A stretch of 63,931 nt of DNA, counting the filler, from an uncultured bacterium (lineage in GTDB: Bacteria > Latescibacterota > UBA2968): NCBI GenBank assembly GCA_964471275.1. It is 3 parts of 3 records of this genome, joined end to end, with 100 filler letters (N's around TTAATTAATTAA, not from the genome) between each part and the next. Parts side by side here need not be neighbours in the genome. Positions count along the whole stretch, not along the records: positions 44,186 to 63,931 come from CAYYGZ010000065.1; 2 more parts are not named here. One strand, 5' to 3'. The translations under genes were made by a program, and so were the position numbers. Position 1 is the first letter of the stretch. Each line of letters starts with the position of its first letter. The notes under the pieces were generated by a model. That model searched no databases, was not told the origin of the DNA, and saw only the letters and a list, made by a program, of their open reading frames with translations. Below, in pieces: positions 48,155 through 57,297 of the stretch.

Positions 48155-49351
48155 CTATCCGAGCAGCGACAGAGCGTTCTGCGGCAAGACGTTGGCCTGC
48201 GCCAACAGAGCCGTGCCAGACTGAACGAGAATCTGTGATCTCGTGAATGCCGAGACCTCGTAGGCGATGTCGGCATCACGGATTGAAGACTCAGATGCCG
48301 TGATGTTCTCGATCGCATTCTCGTTTGCCCGGACGTTGAAGGCCAGCCTGTTCTGGAAAGCACCCAGATCGCCGCGCTGCTGTGCGACGTTCTGGATAGC
48401 CAGATCGATCGAAGAGATCGAGGACTGGGCCGTAGGCTGGTCGGCAACCGTCGTGCTTCCGAGGTTGAGGACCACACCCGATGCGCGCATATCCGAAATG
48501 TTGATCTCGATACGGTGCACTGCACCGTCATCCGGACCGACCTGGAACTGACCACCCGTCCCGGAGTCGACCACGAGATCAAGCCCGTCCAGATCACCGT
48601 CGCGATACCCATCCGTTGCGGGATTGATTCCTTCGGCCGAACGATTACCTGCCAGTGTCAGCTGGATACCGATCCGATCGAAGTTGGCGATGATTGAACT
48701 GCCGCTCGCCACGACGCCCGCACTGGCACCGCCGTCATTGTCCAATGCCGCCCCAAGGTCGATGGTCTGCGTTGCGACGCCGTTGCCGAGCGTGACCTCG
48801 TTGTCACTGCCCGTATCGATAAAACGATACGTTGCAGCGGAAGCACCCGACACTGCGACACCGACAACACCAGTCGTGGGTGAAGCCAGCGACGTTGAGA
48901 CGGCCGGATCGTTGCTGACCACGTTACCAAATCCGGTCAGAAGGACCTGGTTGTTGTAGGACGTGACCGTTCCAATGCGGTCTATCTCGTTGATCAACTG
49001 CGTATACTCGGCGTTCAGCGATTCACGGTTCGAGTTGTTGATAGTGGATGAAGAGGACTGAACGGCCAGCTCTCTCATCCGGATGAGAATCGCGTTCACC
49101 TCGTTCAGCGCGCCTTCAGCCGTCTGAATGAGGTTGGTTCCTTGTTCGGCATTCCTGACAGACTGCGAAAGACCGCTGATCTCTGCCCGCATCCCTTCCG
49201 AGACGCTGAGGCCGGCAGCATCATCAGCCGCTCGGTTGATCCGAAGACCCGAAGAGAGTCGCTCGATTCGGGTGCTAAGATCTTTGTTGTTGATATTCAG
49301 TATCCGTCGAACGTTTACTGACGGAATGTTCGTATTGACGCGGAGTAGCAT
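48155..49351 (-). CDS. fliC: Flagellin 1
   Basis: ERLSSGLRINRAADDAAGL, QTAEGAL, RGDLGAFQNRL, SIRDAD, LAQAN. Confidence 0.98.
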   Translation of the reverse strand: MLLRVNTNIPSVNVRRILNINNKDLSTRIERLSSGLRINRAADDAAGLSVSEGMRAEISGLSQSVRNAEQGTNLIQTAEGALNEVNAILIRMRELAVQSSSSTINNSNRESLNAEYTQLINEIDRIGTVTSYNNQVLLTGFGNVVSNDPAVSTSLASPTTGVVGVAVSGASAATYRFIDTGSDNEVTLGNGVATQTIDLGAALDNDGGASAGVVASGSSIIANFDRIGIQLTLAGNRSAEGINPATDGYRDGDLDGLDLVVDSGTGGQFQVGPDDGAVHRIEINISDMRASGVVLNLGSTTVADQPTAQSSISSIDLAIQNVAQQRGDLGAFQNRLAFNVRANENAIENITASESSIRDADIAYEVSAFTRSQILVQSGTALLAQANVLPQNALSLLG

Positions 49352-49395
49352 CGTGAAAACCTCCTTGTTAGTCTCACCAATTTCTGAGACTGTTA

Positions 49396-49409
49396 CGGCA
49401 TCCTTGCCG
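49396..49409 (-). promoter_or_regulatory. CsrA/RsmA-type hairpin in the flagellin 1 leader
   Basis: CGGCA-AGGA-TGCCG stem-loop plus ACAAGGAG at the SD, like the Bacillus hag leader. Confidence 0.7.
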
Positions 49410-49567
49410 ATGACCGAGCCCGTGGGAAGCTCGGTTGAAGATTGGTCAGGGGACTGCTATTCAAACACAATTAGCCGGAATACCGGCCAAAAACCCTAAC
49501 TTTGGTGCTGCTACGCTTCACCTCCTCACTCTTTTTTGGAATAGTACGGATGTTTCCTTTTGTCTAT

Positions 49568-49595
49568 GTATCGACCTTGCAGGAAACAACCTTTA
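49568..49595 (-). promoter_or_regulatory. Sigma28 promoter for flagellin 1
   Basis: TAAAGGTT-N12-GTCGATAC. Confidence 0.7.
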
Positions 49596-49846
49596 ACCTT
49601 TTTTCCCAAAACAGAGGCGGAAAAACGCAAAGGGTTGGCTGGCAGTTCCGGCGATCCCCGAGGAGGTCACCATGCCACATTTTCGGATGTCAAAGTTCGA
49701 TATCGAGCCCTTCCTGGCGAGTTACTTCTTCTGGATTTCTTCCTGTTGTCCAAACTGGCCTTCCCACGTCGGCGAGATCAGGAGGTTTTCACGGTGCCAA
49801 CGGCCATTTCGAACAATATATGAATCCAGCATAATCCAACTTGGCA

Positions 49847-50041
49847 TCACTTTGTATACCAAGTATCGCCCGGAATGGATTCGCCTTTAGTCTTTTCTGC
49901 TGCTGCTGCTCCGGTATTGAAGGCGTGTCTGGTATTCGGCGCAGCAATCAGGATGTCTCGAATGCTCGGTTTGGATCGCTTCAGAGCCGTCAGCCGGAAT
50001 CGCGGCTCTTCCCCGATCGAGTTCTTGAATGCATCATACAT
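49847..50041 (-). CDS. Possible 64-aa ORF directly after flagellin 2
   Basis: GAGGAG SD right after the flagellin 2 stop; no family recognised. Confidence 0.4.
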   Translation of the reverse strand: MYDAFKNSIGEEPRFRLTALKRSKPSIRDILIAAPNTRHAFNTGAAAAEKTKGESIPGDTWYTK

Positions 50042-50056
50042 TTATATATCTCCTCG

Positions 50057-51211
50057 TTACTGGAGGAGTGACAGAGCTGTCTGCGGGAGGGCATTCGCCT
50101 GCGCAAGGACGGCCGTAGCAGCCTGGGTCAGGATCTGAGCCCGAGTGAATTCGGACACTTCCTGTGCCACATCCGCATCACGGATGGAAGATTCGGAAGC
50201 CTGGATATTCTCAATTCCGTTGTTAGCAGAGACGATCGTGAAGGTCAGACGGTTCTGGATCGCGCCGATATCCGCACGCTCTGAGGCGACGCGGTCGATT
50301 GCCAGATCCAGGATCGGGATCGTCGACCTGGCACTGATCATCGACCCAATCGACGTTGTGTTCAGATTCAGCTCCGGACCGCTTGCCCGCATGTCATCCA
50401 ACCCGAACTCGATCCTGTCGGCAACTTTGTTGTCAGGACCAACCTGGAAAGACCCTCCCGTTCCCTGCGTCACTTCCAGCGTCAATCCGTCCAGATCACC
50501 GTCTCTGTAGCGGTCATCCAGGTTCAGGATCAGTCCGACACGGTCAAAGTTCGCCACGGCAGTCGTTCCCGAAGCCACAACGCCGCCGACGGCATCGTTA
50601 TCGAGGATGGATCCGATGTCTATAGTCTGCGTTGCAACGCCGTTGCCAACGGTGATTTGATTGTCGGTCGGATCCACGTCTAGGAAGGTATAAGTGCCCG
50701 CAGGGGCACCGGTCAACGTCATCCCTGTGACACCGGAGGTAGCGCTTGCCGTTATCGCTGTAGAGGCGTTCGCACTGACCGTATTGCCAAAGCCAGTCAG
50801 CAGAACCGTGTTGTTGTAGGAGGTCGCAAGCGCAACGCGATCGATTTCAGCGATTAGTTGAGCGAATTCAGCCTGCAGGTTGGATCGGTTGTTCGAGTTT
50901 ACGGTCGAGGATGCTGCTTGTACCGCGAGTTCCCGCATACGGACGAGCATTGCGGACATCTGGTTCAGCGCACCTTCAGCAACCTGAGAGAGGTTTGTCG
51001 CCTGCTCGGCATTCCGAACGCCCTGTGTAAGCCCGCCGATTTCGGCTCGCAAACCTTCACTGATCGCGAGACCCGCTGCATCGTCAGCCGCTCGGTTGAT
51101 CCGCAGCCCCGTGGACAAACGTTCGATTCGGGTTGCGAGGGTCCGGCTGTTGACGCCAAGCGCACGTCTGGCCGTAATGGCTGTAATGTTGTTATTTACG
51201 CGAAGAGGCAT
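50057..51211 (-). CDS. fliC: Flagellin 2
   Basis: ERLSTGLRINRAADDAAGL, RADIGAIQNRL, SIRDAD, LAQAN. Confidence 0.98.
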   Translation of the reverse strand: MPLRVNNNITAITARRALGVNSRTLATRIERLSTGLRINRAADDAAGLAISEGLRAEIGGLTQGVRNAEQATNLSQVAEGALNQMSAMLVRMRELAVQAASSTVNSNNRSNLQAEFAQLIAEIDRVALATSYNNTVLLTGFGNTVSANASTAITASATSGVTGMTLTGAPAGTYTFLDVDPTDNQITVGNGVATQTIDIGSILDNDAVGGVVASGTTAVANFDRVGLILNLDDRYRDGDLDGLTLEVTQGTGGSFQVGPDNKVADRIEFGLDDMRASGPELNLNTTSIGSMISARSTIPILDLAIDRVASERADIGAIQNRLTFTIVSANNGIENIQASESSIRDADVAQEVSEFTRAQILTQAATAVLAQANALPQTALSLLQ

Positions 51212-51448
51212 CTGCTGCTGCTCCTCTGGGTGGACGAGAAATTACGCACGTCCTGCAAGAGCAACGCCTATGCCAGACACAGATACGCACCGACAAAAAT
51301 TTCTATATGTCGCTATTAAACCATAACTTACAGAAAGTGCTAGACGGTCAAGCAGGACCAAAACGAGGACAGTTTAGGGAGGATATTTCCGCTACGGAGG
51401 GACAGGTGAAGCGAAACGCGGTAGTTCCGGGATAGATCGCTGCATACG

Positions 51449-51484
51449 CAAAAAGACCTCCGTCATTCAGATGAAGGTCTTTTG
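51449..51484. terminator. Intrinsic terminator
   Basis: AAAAGACCT...AGGTCTTTT. Confidence 0.75.
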
Positions 51485-51533
51485 TCATTGCTTGTGGGAC
51501 GTGCGACGGATCTGTAGCTAAACCTGGGCTGAC

Positions 51534-51718
51534 CTATGCGGTCACGTCCACGTGATGCGTGTCCATCTGAGGCGTGTCGGCAAGCTGCGTGGTCGGTGCG
51601 CTCCCTCCCCGCTAGCAACTACGGGGGCAGACTGAGGCACTGGCACCTTCTGGACAGATCTGACGATCAGGTCCGCCGCCAGGTTAGCCACCCCCTGAAC
51701 TGATGCCGACATCGTCAT
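51534..51718 (-). pseudogene. Small sigma28-linked motility-type (YjfB-like) gene with an apparent 1-bp frameshift
   Basis: AGGAGG SD; MTMSASVQGVANLAADLIVRSVQK...; the alternative frame ends QMDTHHVDVTA*. Confidence 0.55.
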
Positions 51719-51761
51719 CACCTCCTAATTTGTGCACATCCCCCACTGGGCCTTAGTGGTA

Positions 51762-51789
51762 TATTCGGCATTCCAATCATCAATCTTCA
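51762..51789 (-). promoter_or_regulatory. Sigma28 promoter candidate
   Basis: TGAA-N16-GCCGAATA upstream of the small gene. Confidence 0.55.
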
Positions 51790-51871
51790 GCAACCTGCTA
51801 ATTTCTGAAAACAAGCGTATCGTTTCATGGGCCTTCGGGATGTGGATCGACATACCGAGAGAGAGAATGCC

Positions 51872-53005
51872 ATGAGAGTTGGAATCGTGGGAGTGGGCCT
51901 GCTGGGTGCGCAGCACGCCAAACTTGCGATCACACATCCGGATGTCACGCTATCAGCAGTGGCAGACACACGATTGTCGGTTGGACGGAAGGTCTCTGCG
52001 GAAACCGACAGCCAACACTATCGTGACTACAAGAAGATGCTTGCCTTGGAGGAATTGGAATGTGTGATCATCGCAACACCAGACCCGTTACATCGGGATC
52101 CCGTTGTTGCCGCGGCTCAAGCGGGAATACCACACATCATTACCGAGAAGCCGCTGGCAACGACTGTGTCGGACGCACGACGAATGCGCGATGCCGTTGC
52201 CAGATCCACATCTGAACTCCACATCCTGTTCCCGAATCGGTTCAATCCACTTGACCGGGTCGTGCACTACGCAGTGCAGGCCGGCCTGCTGGGACTGCCG
52301 GTCCACGGGGATGTCCGCCTGGATGACAACATCTCGGTGCCGCTCAATCTTTGGGGAAAACGGAGCAAAGCCTGGGCTGGCGGTTCGTCGACCGCACATT
52401 TTCTCCTCAGCCACGTCGTGGACCTGCTGCGCTGGTATTTCCATCCTGCCGATGTGGCAGAAGTATTCGCGATCACCCAGAACCGAGTGCTCGGATTCAC
52501 ACCGGATCTCTACGACGCCTACCTGACCTTCGACTCGGGGATGACCGTTAGGGTAAAGGCCGAGTGGACCCGGCGCTTCGACGCACTCGTGGAGTTCGAA
52601 CTGACCTTCAGCGGGGACAGAGGCGGGATCGCATACCGAAAGCATCCCGCGTTTCGGTCGCAGCGGGGGCTCAGGCTGGACACCTCGGGCGAATCCCGGA
52701 CGAGTCTGGAAAGACACATGAGAAAGCTGAACAACCAGGGAATTCGCGGGAAGGTGGTCTCGGACCCAAAGGCCAGGTCACCCCAGGTAATGGAATTCTA
52801 CGGTGAAGACAACCCGCTGGACTGGGACACGGCGCTGCATTACTACCTGTCCGCAATCGCTCACGGGAAGAGCGATCCCGATTTGCCGGGGTTTGGACCG
52901 CTGCCTGGCATGTCGGATGCCTTGCGTCAGGTCGACATCGTCGCCGCAATCGTGAAGTCAGCCAAAACCGGCAGGGCGCAAAGGGTTGTTGATTCGAGGA
53001 AGTGA
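51872..53005 (+). CDS. Gfo/Idh/MocA oxidoreductase
   Basis: VGVGLLG, ATPDPLH, TEKPLA, LSHVVDLLRW. Confidence 0.88.
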   Translation: MRVGIVGVGLLGAQHAKLAITHPDVTLSAVADTRLSVGRKVSAETDSQHYRDYKKMLALEELECVIIATPDPLHRDPVVAAAQAGIPHIITEKPLATTVSDARRMRDAVARSTSELHILFPNRFNPLDRVVHYAVQAGLLGLPVHGDVRLDDNISVPLNLWGKRSKAWAGGSSTAHFLLSHVVDLLRWYFHPADVAEVFAITQNRVLGFTPDLYDAYLTFDSGMTVRVKAEWTRRFDALVEFELTFSGDRGGIAYRKHPAFRSQRGLRLDTSGESRTSLERHMRKLNNQGIRGKVVSDPKARSPQVMEFYGEDNPLDWDTALHYYLSAIAHGKSDPDLPGFGPLPGMSDALRQVDIVAAIVKSAKTGRAQRVVDSRK

Positions 53006-53006
53006 A

Positions 53007-54797
53007 TCAGATCTGGATTCTGCGCAAACAGTGATTCGTCGCAAAATAGGCCCACCCGTCCACGATGGGACCGGGTACATCGAACAGGTCTTCCTCTTCG
53101 TGAATCGTGGTAAACGTCTCCCCCGCGACACGATAGAGCATTGATTCCGTAAAGCCGAACAGACCGTCTGGACCTGGTTGAAGCCCGTTGTCGAGGGGGC
53201 GCCCCGACAGCCCGCCCTGCAGGATCTCGAAGCGGCGTGTTCCGGGCTCAAAACCAAAGAGAATCCGCTTCTCCTCACTGATAGCCGTACCGACCAACCT
53301 GTCGGCCACCCCGTCCAACACCAGGGCATTGATGGACGTCAACCCCTCGGCAGGTGTGCCTTCCCACACCGCCTCCTCTTTCAGGTAGTCCCAGAGTATC
53401 AAGCGCGCTTGCAGATCCCGCGGTTGCGTTCCCGTGCCCGCCAATGTCGTCGTACCGATGGCAATCAACTCCGCCTGCTCCAGATGCGCCAGTGTATAGC
53501 AGCTCCCCTCGCCAGCCACGTCTCGATAAGAGGCACGCTCACCCGTCTTCGGATCCAACCACCCGAGGGGCCCCCCCCACAAACCATAGTCTGGAAGTGA
53601 CGCCGTCCAGACCCGTCCCAGAGGCCCCGTCAGAGTGGTCCGAGGCCGGTAGGAGATTTCATCGATCCGCCCCAGCTCTCTCGGATTGGATTCGGGATCC
53701 TCGCCATATACATAGGGCCGGCCAGGATCGTAGACGGAGACGCGAGCCGCAGGGTAGGACGAAATGAAGATCCGATCATCCAGGTTGGCCATCGAGTAGG
53801 CCTCGCCGCCGGATTCCGACGCCTTACCGTGATCGACACACTCACCGGTGCTGGAGGGGTAAGAGAAGAAGTGCAGGGGCAGGATGCTGGATCCGTAGAT
53901 GCGATGGTCCGGCCCTTCGTGAAGCATGAAGATCCTGCTGCCCGCGGCCGCATAGTCCAGAGCCACCGACCGGGTCTTTCCACTCGGATCGGTCAGAACC
54001 AGCTGTTTGTAGAGAAACGTCTGTGCATCCCCAAATTCGAAGGTCTCCAGGCTCTGCAGTCGCGCGACCGGTACATCCACCTCCCCCTCGAACCGCTTGA
54101 CCGACCGTCCCTCGATCACGTAGGTCTCCGCCTCCGCCGTGATGTAGAGTCGACCGTCCGCTCCACGGAGCAGATCGACAGCACCTTCTTCTTTCGTCAG
54201 GGAAGGCCCGACAGACATACGCGCCGACGTCTCGGGGTCGAACAGGACGACGTGCTGCTGTGTCATCTTGATCAGACAGGCGATCATACCACTCTCATGG
54301 TCGACAAGCGGGTAGCAGTACATATCCACATCGTCAGCCGGACCATACTGATCGAACGTGCCGGTTGCCGGATCGAACGCGGTCAGGTCCGCGCTCGCAT
54401 AGCTGCCGATCCAGAGCTTCCCGCCGTCATCTTCATCGATCCGGCACGGAAAGATCGCCTTCTCCGTGTGGATAGCGCCCATATCAGTCAGCGCTTCCCC
54501 GTCGTAGGCATATAAGTGACCGTTGTGCGCGGAACCGAAATAGAGAACTCCGCTCTGCGCCAGACAGGTCGCCGTCGGATAATTGGCCTTGGGATTCTCC
54601 ACAGCGACCTGACGGCACTCTCCTGTCAGCGGATCGATGTCGAGTATGAAGAAACCTGACGCCTGTTGGCCCATCGTCGTCCAAACCCGGTCTGCTCCCG
54701 ATGGATCGACACCTGCGTGTGGTCTGACCCAGTTGACCGAACAAACCGGGACACCGAGCTCTTCGTATCTGCTCACGTCTCGTCTCCCGAGAAGCAA
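53007..54797 (-). CDS. Multi-blade beta-propeller protein of unknown function
   Basis: Repeated blades: LYFGSAHNGHLYAYD, LWIGSY..ADL..FDP, IYGSS, ISSYPAARVSVYDP. Confidence 0.7.
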   Translation of the reverse strand: MLLGRRDVSRYEELGVPVCSVNWVRPHAGVDPSGADRVWTTMGQQASGFFILDIDPLTGECRQVAVENPKANYPTATCLAQSGVLYFGSAHNGHLYAYDGEALTDMGAIHTEKAIFPCRIDEDDGGKLWIGSYASADLTAFDPATGTFDQYGPADDVDMYCYPLVDHESGMIACLIKMTQQHVVLFDPETSARMSVGPSLTKEEGAVDLLRGADGRLYITAEAETYVIEGRSVKRFEGEVDVPVARLQSLETFEFGDAQTFLYKQLVLTDPSGKTRSVALDYAAAGSRIFMLHEGPDHRIYGSSILPLHFFSYPSSTGECVDHGKASESGGEAYSMANLDDRIFISSYPAARVSVYDPGRPYVYGEDPESNPRELGRIDEISYRPRTTLTGPLGRVWTASLPDYGLWGGPLGWLDPKTGERASYRDVAGEGSCYTLAHLEQAELIAIGTTTLAGTGTQPRDLQARLILWDYLKEEAVWEGTPAEGLTSINALVLDGVADRLVGTAISEEKRILFGFEPGTRRFEILQGGLSGRPLDNGLQPGPDGLFGFTESMLYRVAGETFTTIHEEEDLFDVPGPIVDGWAYFATNHCLRRIQI

Positions 54798-56017
54798 CCA
54801 TCAGCCTTCATCACGAGAAGCGAGTCCTCAAACGCGGACAGCGCTTCCCCGATATCGTCCTCGGTGTGCGAAAAACTCGGATAGCACACCGTGTAGAGCA
54901 AGATGCCGCGACAGAACATCTCACCACAAAATCGGTTGTAGTTTTCGGTATTGCGGACGGCGTCGGCAGACCGAAAAGCAAACACGCCGATTGGCGGGAA
55001 TCCCGCGAACGAGGCCTCCACGTCGAGCCGGCCGGCGATCTCTGTCACGCCACTGTGCAGCTGCTCACCTCGTTCCCAGAGCCTGCCGATGACATCGTTC
55101 GTCTGATACACGCCGATCACGGCTCTGGCTGCTGCGAGTCCGAGCGTGTCGCCACCGAAGGTCGATGAGATTACGACATCACGAACCGTCTCCATGATTT
55201 CACGTTTCCCAAGGTAACAGGACAGCGGGGCCCCGTTCGAAATCCCCTTCGCGAAGACAGCGAGATCTGGCGTGACCTCGAACAATTCCTGCGTGCCCCC
55301 GGTGCGAAGACGAAACCCGGTCACGATCTCATCGAAGATCAGAACAGCGCCGTGTTCGTCGCACAGACGGCGGAGGTCTGCGAGAAACACCTTCGCCTCC
55401 CCCATCCCCACATAGTCACACGCCACGCTGATGGCTGCCACATTGAAGGGATAGCGTCTCAGCGCGGCCTCAAAGGCTTCCACATCTCCCCAGGGCAGTT
55501 TCTCGTAGACGGATTGAATCGCTTCGGGAACACCGGGGCGCCCCATCGTGTTTACCCAGCCGTGGTAACCACAGGTCAGGATCACGTCCCGCTTTGTGTG
55601 GGCCCTGGCCAGACGGTGCACGGCGGCCATTGCCTCGCCGCCCGTCTTCAAGAAGCGAACCTGCTCTGCACACGGTATCAGCTCGACAAGATCCTTCGCC
55701 ACGGCGACTTCAAGCGGGTGTGCATAGCTGTAGACAAAGCCTTCCGCGGCCTGAGCCTGTACCGCCTCAACCACCTCGGGGTACGCGTATCCGAGCGTGA
55801 TCGGGCCCAGCCCCGCGCGAAAATCGATATACTCGTTGCCATCCACATCCCAGACACGGCATCCCGATCCACGTTCGAGAAAACACGGCTCGATCCCACG
55901 TAGGCTCTCTCTCGGCACCTTTGAATGTGTCTGGCTCCCCATCGGCGTCACGCCGCACGCTTCGTCGTACAGCTTCCACGACTCGGTTGCTGCGTGATCT
56001 TCTGGCTTTCGGATCAT
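54773..56017 (-). CDS. Class III PLP aminotransferase (GSA-aminomutase-like)
   Basis: WDVDGNEYID, RFLKTGGEA, FDEIVTGFR, FAKGISNG, STFGG. Confidence 0.9.
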   Translation of the reverse strand: MIRKPEDHAATESWKLYDEACGVTPMGSQTHSKVPRESLRGIEPCFLERGSGCRVWDVDGNEYIDFRAGLGPITLGYAYPEVVEAVQAQAAEGFVYSYAHPLEVAVAKDLVELIPCAEQVRFLKTGGEAMAAVHRLARAHTKRDVILTCGYHGWVNTMGRPGVPEAIQSVYEKLPWGDVEAFEAALRRYPFNVAAISVACDYVGMGEAKVFLADLRRLCDEHGAVLIFDEIVTGFRLRTGGTQELFEVTPDLAVFAKGISNGAPLSCYLGKREIMETVRDVVISSTFGGDTLGLAAARAVIGVYQTNDVIGRLWERGEQLHSGVTEIAGRLDVEASFAGFPPIGVFAFRSADAVRNTENYNRFCGEMFCRGILLYTVCYPSFSHTEDDIGEALSAFEDSLLVMKADGCFSGDET

Positions 56018-56050
56018 TCTTGCCTCATCCCTGGAGTCTGCTGCGGTGAT

Positions 56051-56986
56051 TCATAGGTTGAAATCCAGAACCTTCTCTCGATCTCCCTTCCGGACGTGCA
56101 CGACGCCGGAGTTCCAATCAGCGTCAACGAAAAGACTCGAAGAAGCCTTCGACGGTGCGTAGTCGATCGGAGCACCGTTGACGGTGGGCGATTGGGCCTG
56201 GCTCGCGTCGAAGATAAGCACATCCCCCGAAAGCCCCATGTAGGTGAGCGTATCTTCCTCGAACGCAATGGCACTTCTCGCTAATGCAGCCTGGAATGCT
56301 TCGCCGTTTGAGTAATCCGCTCTTCTGGCAACCTCGACGATGACGGGTAACCACTCGTCTGCCAGTAGCATCCACCGACCGCTCGGCCGATTATTGATGG
56401 CTTTGGCAAGTCCCGAATGGCCCCCGATAGTCACTCTTCCTCCGGCCTGGATATCCCAGGAAAACGCTCCGTGGGCCGACCGCGCTCCCGCATAGGCATC
56501 GCGGTGTTCGACAATGGCCCAGCCCTCCGCTTCAGTCGGCCCAGTCAATCCAGCTTCAGAGATCCAGACCTGCATCCTGCCGCCTCCGGTGCTGGTCCGG
56601 AGCTTCTGGCAGATGAGCATTCCGTTTGCTTGCACAGACCACGACCCGTTGTAGCAGACGGAACTGTTTTCGGCCTAGACCTGAGGAACGATTCTCGCAT
56701 CGGGATGTCCGGAAAAGATCACGCCCTCCCATCGGTTCTGGGAACTGATCGCCATCCACTCCTCCCGCTCCCGCGCTTCCACCATCAGCATACCGCTGAT
56801 GAAGTCCGAGGTGCAGTAGGAGTACTGGTGGACACCGCCGTGGTCAGTCTGTGTGGATAAGGAAGATTGCCTTTATGATCGATAATCGACAATTCAAGAG
56901 GAAGTTGATGAACTTCATACACACCGCGTCCTTCGATATCCAAGGCGAGATCCATGCCGACCAGGAGGAGCCGATACGCGAAACAC
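56051..56986 (-). pseudogene. 3' remnant of a hypothetical gene, cut at MITE copy C
   Basis: Protein-like reading MDLALDIEGRGVYEV, frameshift near 56845, DHGGVHQYSYCTSDF...ISSQNRWEGVIF, TAG at 56675, then ORF 56635-56051. Confidence 0.7.
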
Positions 56987-57297
56987 CTGGAGTGCCCAGT
57001 GTCACAATGGTGCTGACACATTGAACCAGTAGGTCGAGTTGATTTGGGATCATTGCTTTCTCTACACACTGTTGATGACACGGTCTCGAATCTGGATCTG
57101 TCTCAGCCCCGGAACAGGGCGACCGTCGGTAGCCTGGGGGACGGTCGCGATGACTTCCCGGAACCCGAAAAAGAATGCCCTCGGCGCGAATCGTACAAAC
57201 ATTGTGCGTGCGGGCAACGGCCTCGATCCGATGCAATGAAGCATCCGACGCCAACGAATTTGAACGGTAAACACCATTTTGAATCAGTACAACCTAG
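56987..57297. mobile_element. MITE-like repeat, copy C
   Basis: CTGG/CTAG flanks; imperfect ~27-bp terminal inverted repeats with core TCA.AATGGTG.T.AC. Confidence 0.75.

Larger units (their letters stand above)
49348..49797. repeat. Inverted repeat pair (49348-49365 and 49780-49797), 17/18 identity
   Basis: GCATCGTGAAAACCTCCT versus the reverse complement of AGGAGGTTTTCACGGTGC. Confidence 0.85.

Noticed and set aside
54773..56017. hemL
   Set aside because: Lacks the typical GGVNSPVR N-terminal motif and has no haem-gene context
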